Below are positions 62,078 to 64,000 of a stretch of 64,000 nucleotides of DNA, one piece after another. A model generated the notes under the pieces. That model made no database searches and was not told the origin of the DNA. It saw nothing but the letters and a program-made list of their open reading frames with translations. Position 1 is the stretch's first letter, and each line of letters starts with the position of its first letter. Source of the stretch: Nemertoderma westbladi (lineage: Eukaryota; Animalia; Xenacoelomorpha); contig JAUCBJ010002942.1 in assembly GCA_032718475.1 (NCBI GenBank), forward strand, positions 22,802-86,801, written 5' to 3'. The position numbers and the translations under genes are program-made.

Positions 62078-62842
62078 TACGGAAGCCCATAACGGCCATG
62101 TCGCGCGCAAACTTCCATGTCAAGCGCGCAAACTTTATGCCATTTCCGTGTAGAAACATTTGCGCGCGCGACATGGAAGTTTGCGCGCGCGACATGGAAG
62201 TTTGCGCGCGCGACATGGAAGTTTGCGCGCGCGACATGGAAGTTTGCGCGCGCGACATGGAAGTTTGCGCGCGCGACATGGAAGTTTGCGCGCGCGACAT
62301 GGAAGTTTGCGCGCGCGCATGGAAGTTTGCGCGCGCGACATGGAAGTTTGCGCGCGCGACATGGAAGTTTGCGCGCGCGACATGGAAGTTTGCGCGCGCG
62401 ACATGGAAGTTTGCGCGCTCGACATGGAAGTTTGCGCGCGAGACATGGAAGTTTGCGCGCGCGACATGGGGAAGCCCATAATAAAAACATATTTCAATGA
62501 TGGACTTTCTCACAAGGAGATTGCAGCCATACTAGAAACACGACATAATATGCAAATTTCCCGCCCAGACAAAATTCGAAAAGGAAATGATACGAAGTTT
62601 GCGCGCGACATGGCCGCTATGGGCTTCCCCATGTCGCGCGCGCAAACTTCCATGTCGCGCGCGCAAACTTCCATGTCGCGCGCGCAAACTTCCATGTCGC
62701 GCGCGCAAACTTCCACAGTTCCATGTCGCGCGCGCAAACTTCCACATGTCGCGCGCGCAAATGTTTCTACACGGAAATGGCATAAAGTTTGCGCGCTTGA
62801 CATGGAAGTTTGCGCGCGACATGGCCGTTATGGGCTTCCGTA
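62078..62842 (+). mobile_element. Second IS3EU-like element nested inside the first
   Basis: TACGG..CCGTA termini; 6-bp TSD GTAAAC; 21-bp CpG-rich subterminal repeats; central IIKTYFNDGLSHKEIAAILETRHNMQIS resembles the Clr5-like HTH of IS3EU transposases. Confidence 0.85.
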
Positions 62843-63078
62843 GTAAACCCATCACCAGTACAGGAACTTTCAAACACTAATAACAAACACTAACTTTCAC
62901 ACTGTCAAACGCTAATACATAACTAACATATATATATATATATATAATTCTTTAATAAAAAGCATATTTTTGCATGCTGAAATGGATGCACAAACTAATA
63001 AAATAGACATACAGTAAAATATCGATATGCATCGAAAACTAAAATAATTAATGATATGTGTATCGCTTCAAATTTGGT

Positions 63079-63290
63079 TCATATAGAGTATTTAACCAGA
63101 GCTTTAAGAGTTACAGGTGATCTAATATACATAAAATCGTCAAGTTGCGCAACACCATAGGCGGACATTGTAGCTCTTAACAAAGTCGATTGATCTAGTC
63201 TAAGAACACAATCTAGTAGAAAATGCGATTCGGATTCAGGCTCACCACATAAACAGGCACAATCATCAATGTCACCATATCTGCTTCTAA
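63079..63290 (-). pseudogene. Non-LTR retrotransposon C-terminal zinc-knuckle fragment inside the outer IS3EU-like element
   Basis: CLCGEPESESHFLLDC motif typical of LINE ORF2 C-termini. Confidence 0.55.
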
Positions 63291-64000
63291 CTAACAACTA
63301 ACAACAAACTGTGTAGCCTAGTGTAACTTCATACTGCATAGGCCATACTGCACCGTCGACAGTTTTCGTAAATTAACATTATATATTCTAGAATATGCCT
63401 TTTTTGTGATTGGCCTATTGAATTCAATAGAGAGATAAAGGAATTTATACGGAATTTATTATAACGATTGATTTTATACTGATATGCTATTGCAAATACT
63501 GAAAGATAATCACTGAAAGATAAATACGTTACTGAAAGATAATTAAGTATTACTGAAAGATAATCACTGAAAGATAAATACGTTACTGAAAGATAATTAA
63601 GTATTACTGAAAGATAATTCAGTAAATACTGAAAGATAATTCAGTAAATACTGAAAGATAATTCAGTAAATACTGAAAGATAATTCAGTAAATACTGAAA
63701 GATAATTCAGTAAATACTGAAAGATAATTCAGTAAATACTGAAAGATAATTCAGTAAATACTGAAAGATAATTCAGTAAAATACTGAAAGATAATTCAGT
63801 ATTACTGAACGATAATTTATTAATTACTAAAAGATATTGTAGAACACTGAAAGATATTAATTATTACTGAATGTAAATTTATACTGAATAAAAAATATTA
63901 AAACACTGAATATTGACCCTAAAGAGACGCCATAATCTTGTTGAATATCAATAGATCAAATTACACAAAATCGAAGAAATGACAAATTACTGTATTACAA

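Larger units (their letters stand above)
60829..63934 (+). mobile_element. IS3EU-like non-autonomous DNA transposon with very long TIRs
   Basis: TATGG..CCATA termini; 6-bp TSD ATCTTG; near-identical TIRs 60829-61380 and 63296-63934 with internal 21-bp repeats; disrupted ORF from 61438 starting MPRFCGACG..FCTSCG. Confidence 0.85.

Noticed and set aside
62058-62880. Multiple ORFs (RANFHVA, MEVCARD repeats)
   Set aside because: Products of the 21-bp subterminal repeats of the nested transposon.

Overview
Eukaryotic (invertebrate-animal-like), AT-rich, repeat-dense genomic window; no prokaryotic operons or CRISPR arrays. Recognisable host genes: two intronless, tandem, near-identical prominin-family (5-TM) genes (26945-29500, 34893-37448, minus strand), an intronless HAD-family pseudouridine-5'-phosphatase (PUDP/HDHD1-like, 51589-52320), and the last two exons of an unidentified coiled-coil gene (10027-10133, 13569-13694). 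The rest is mostly nested transposable elements and satellites: a full-length GalEa-type Copia element with identical LTRs, a 2.2-kb solo LTR, decayed Gypsy, BEL/Pao and CR1/L2 copies, two RTE-like LINE families, and non-autonomous DNA elements resembling P, piggyBac, Kolobok, Tc1/mariner, Harbinger, IS3EU (one nested in another) and Helentron/DINE. Most notable: (1) a ~350-bp repeat at 25.06-26.0 kb carrying a type I hammerhead ribozyme placed between Pol III A- and B-box-like motifs (retrozyme-like); (2) prominin paralogues whose differences lie almost entirely in two extracellular loops; (3) satellites that appear to be tandem amplifications of a splice donor, a splice acceptor and a whole exon; (4) a probable P-element excision footprint. 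All calls were made by eye; boundaries without target-site duplications (TSDs) are approximate.
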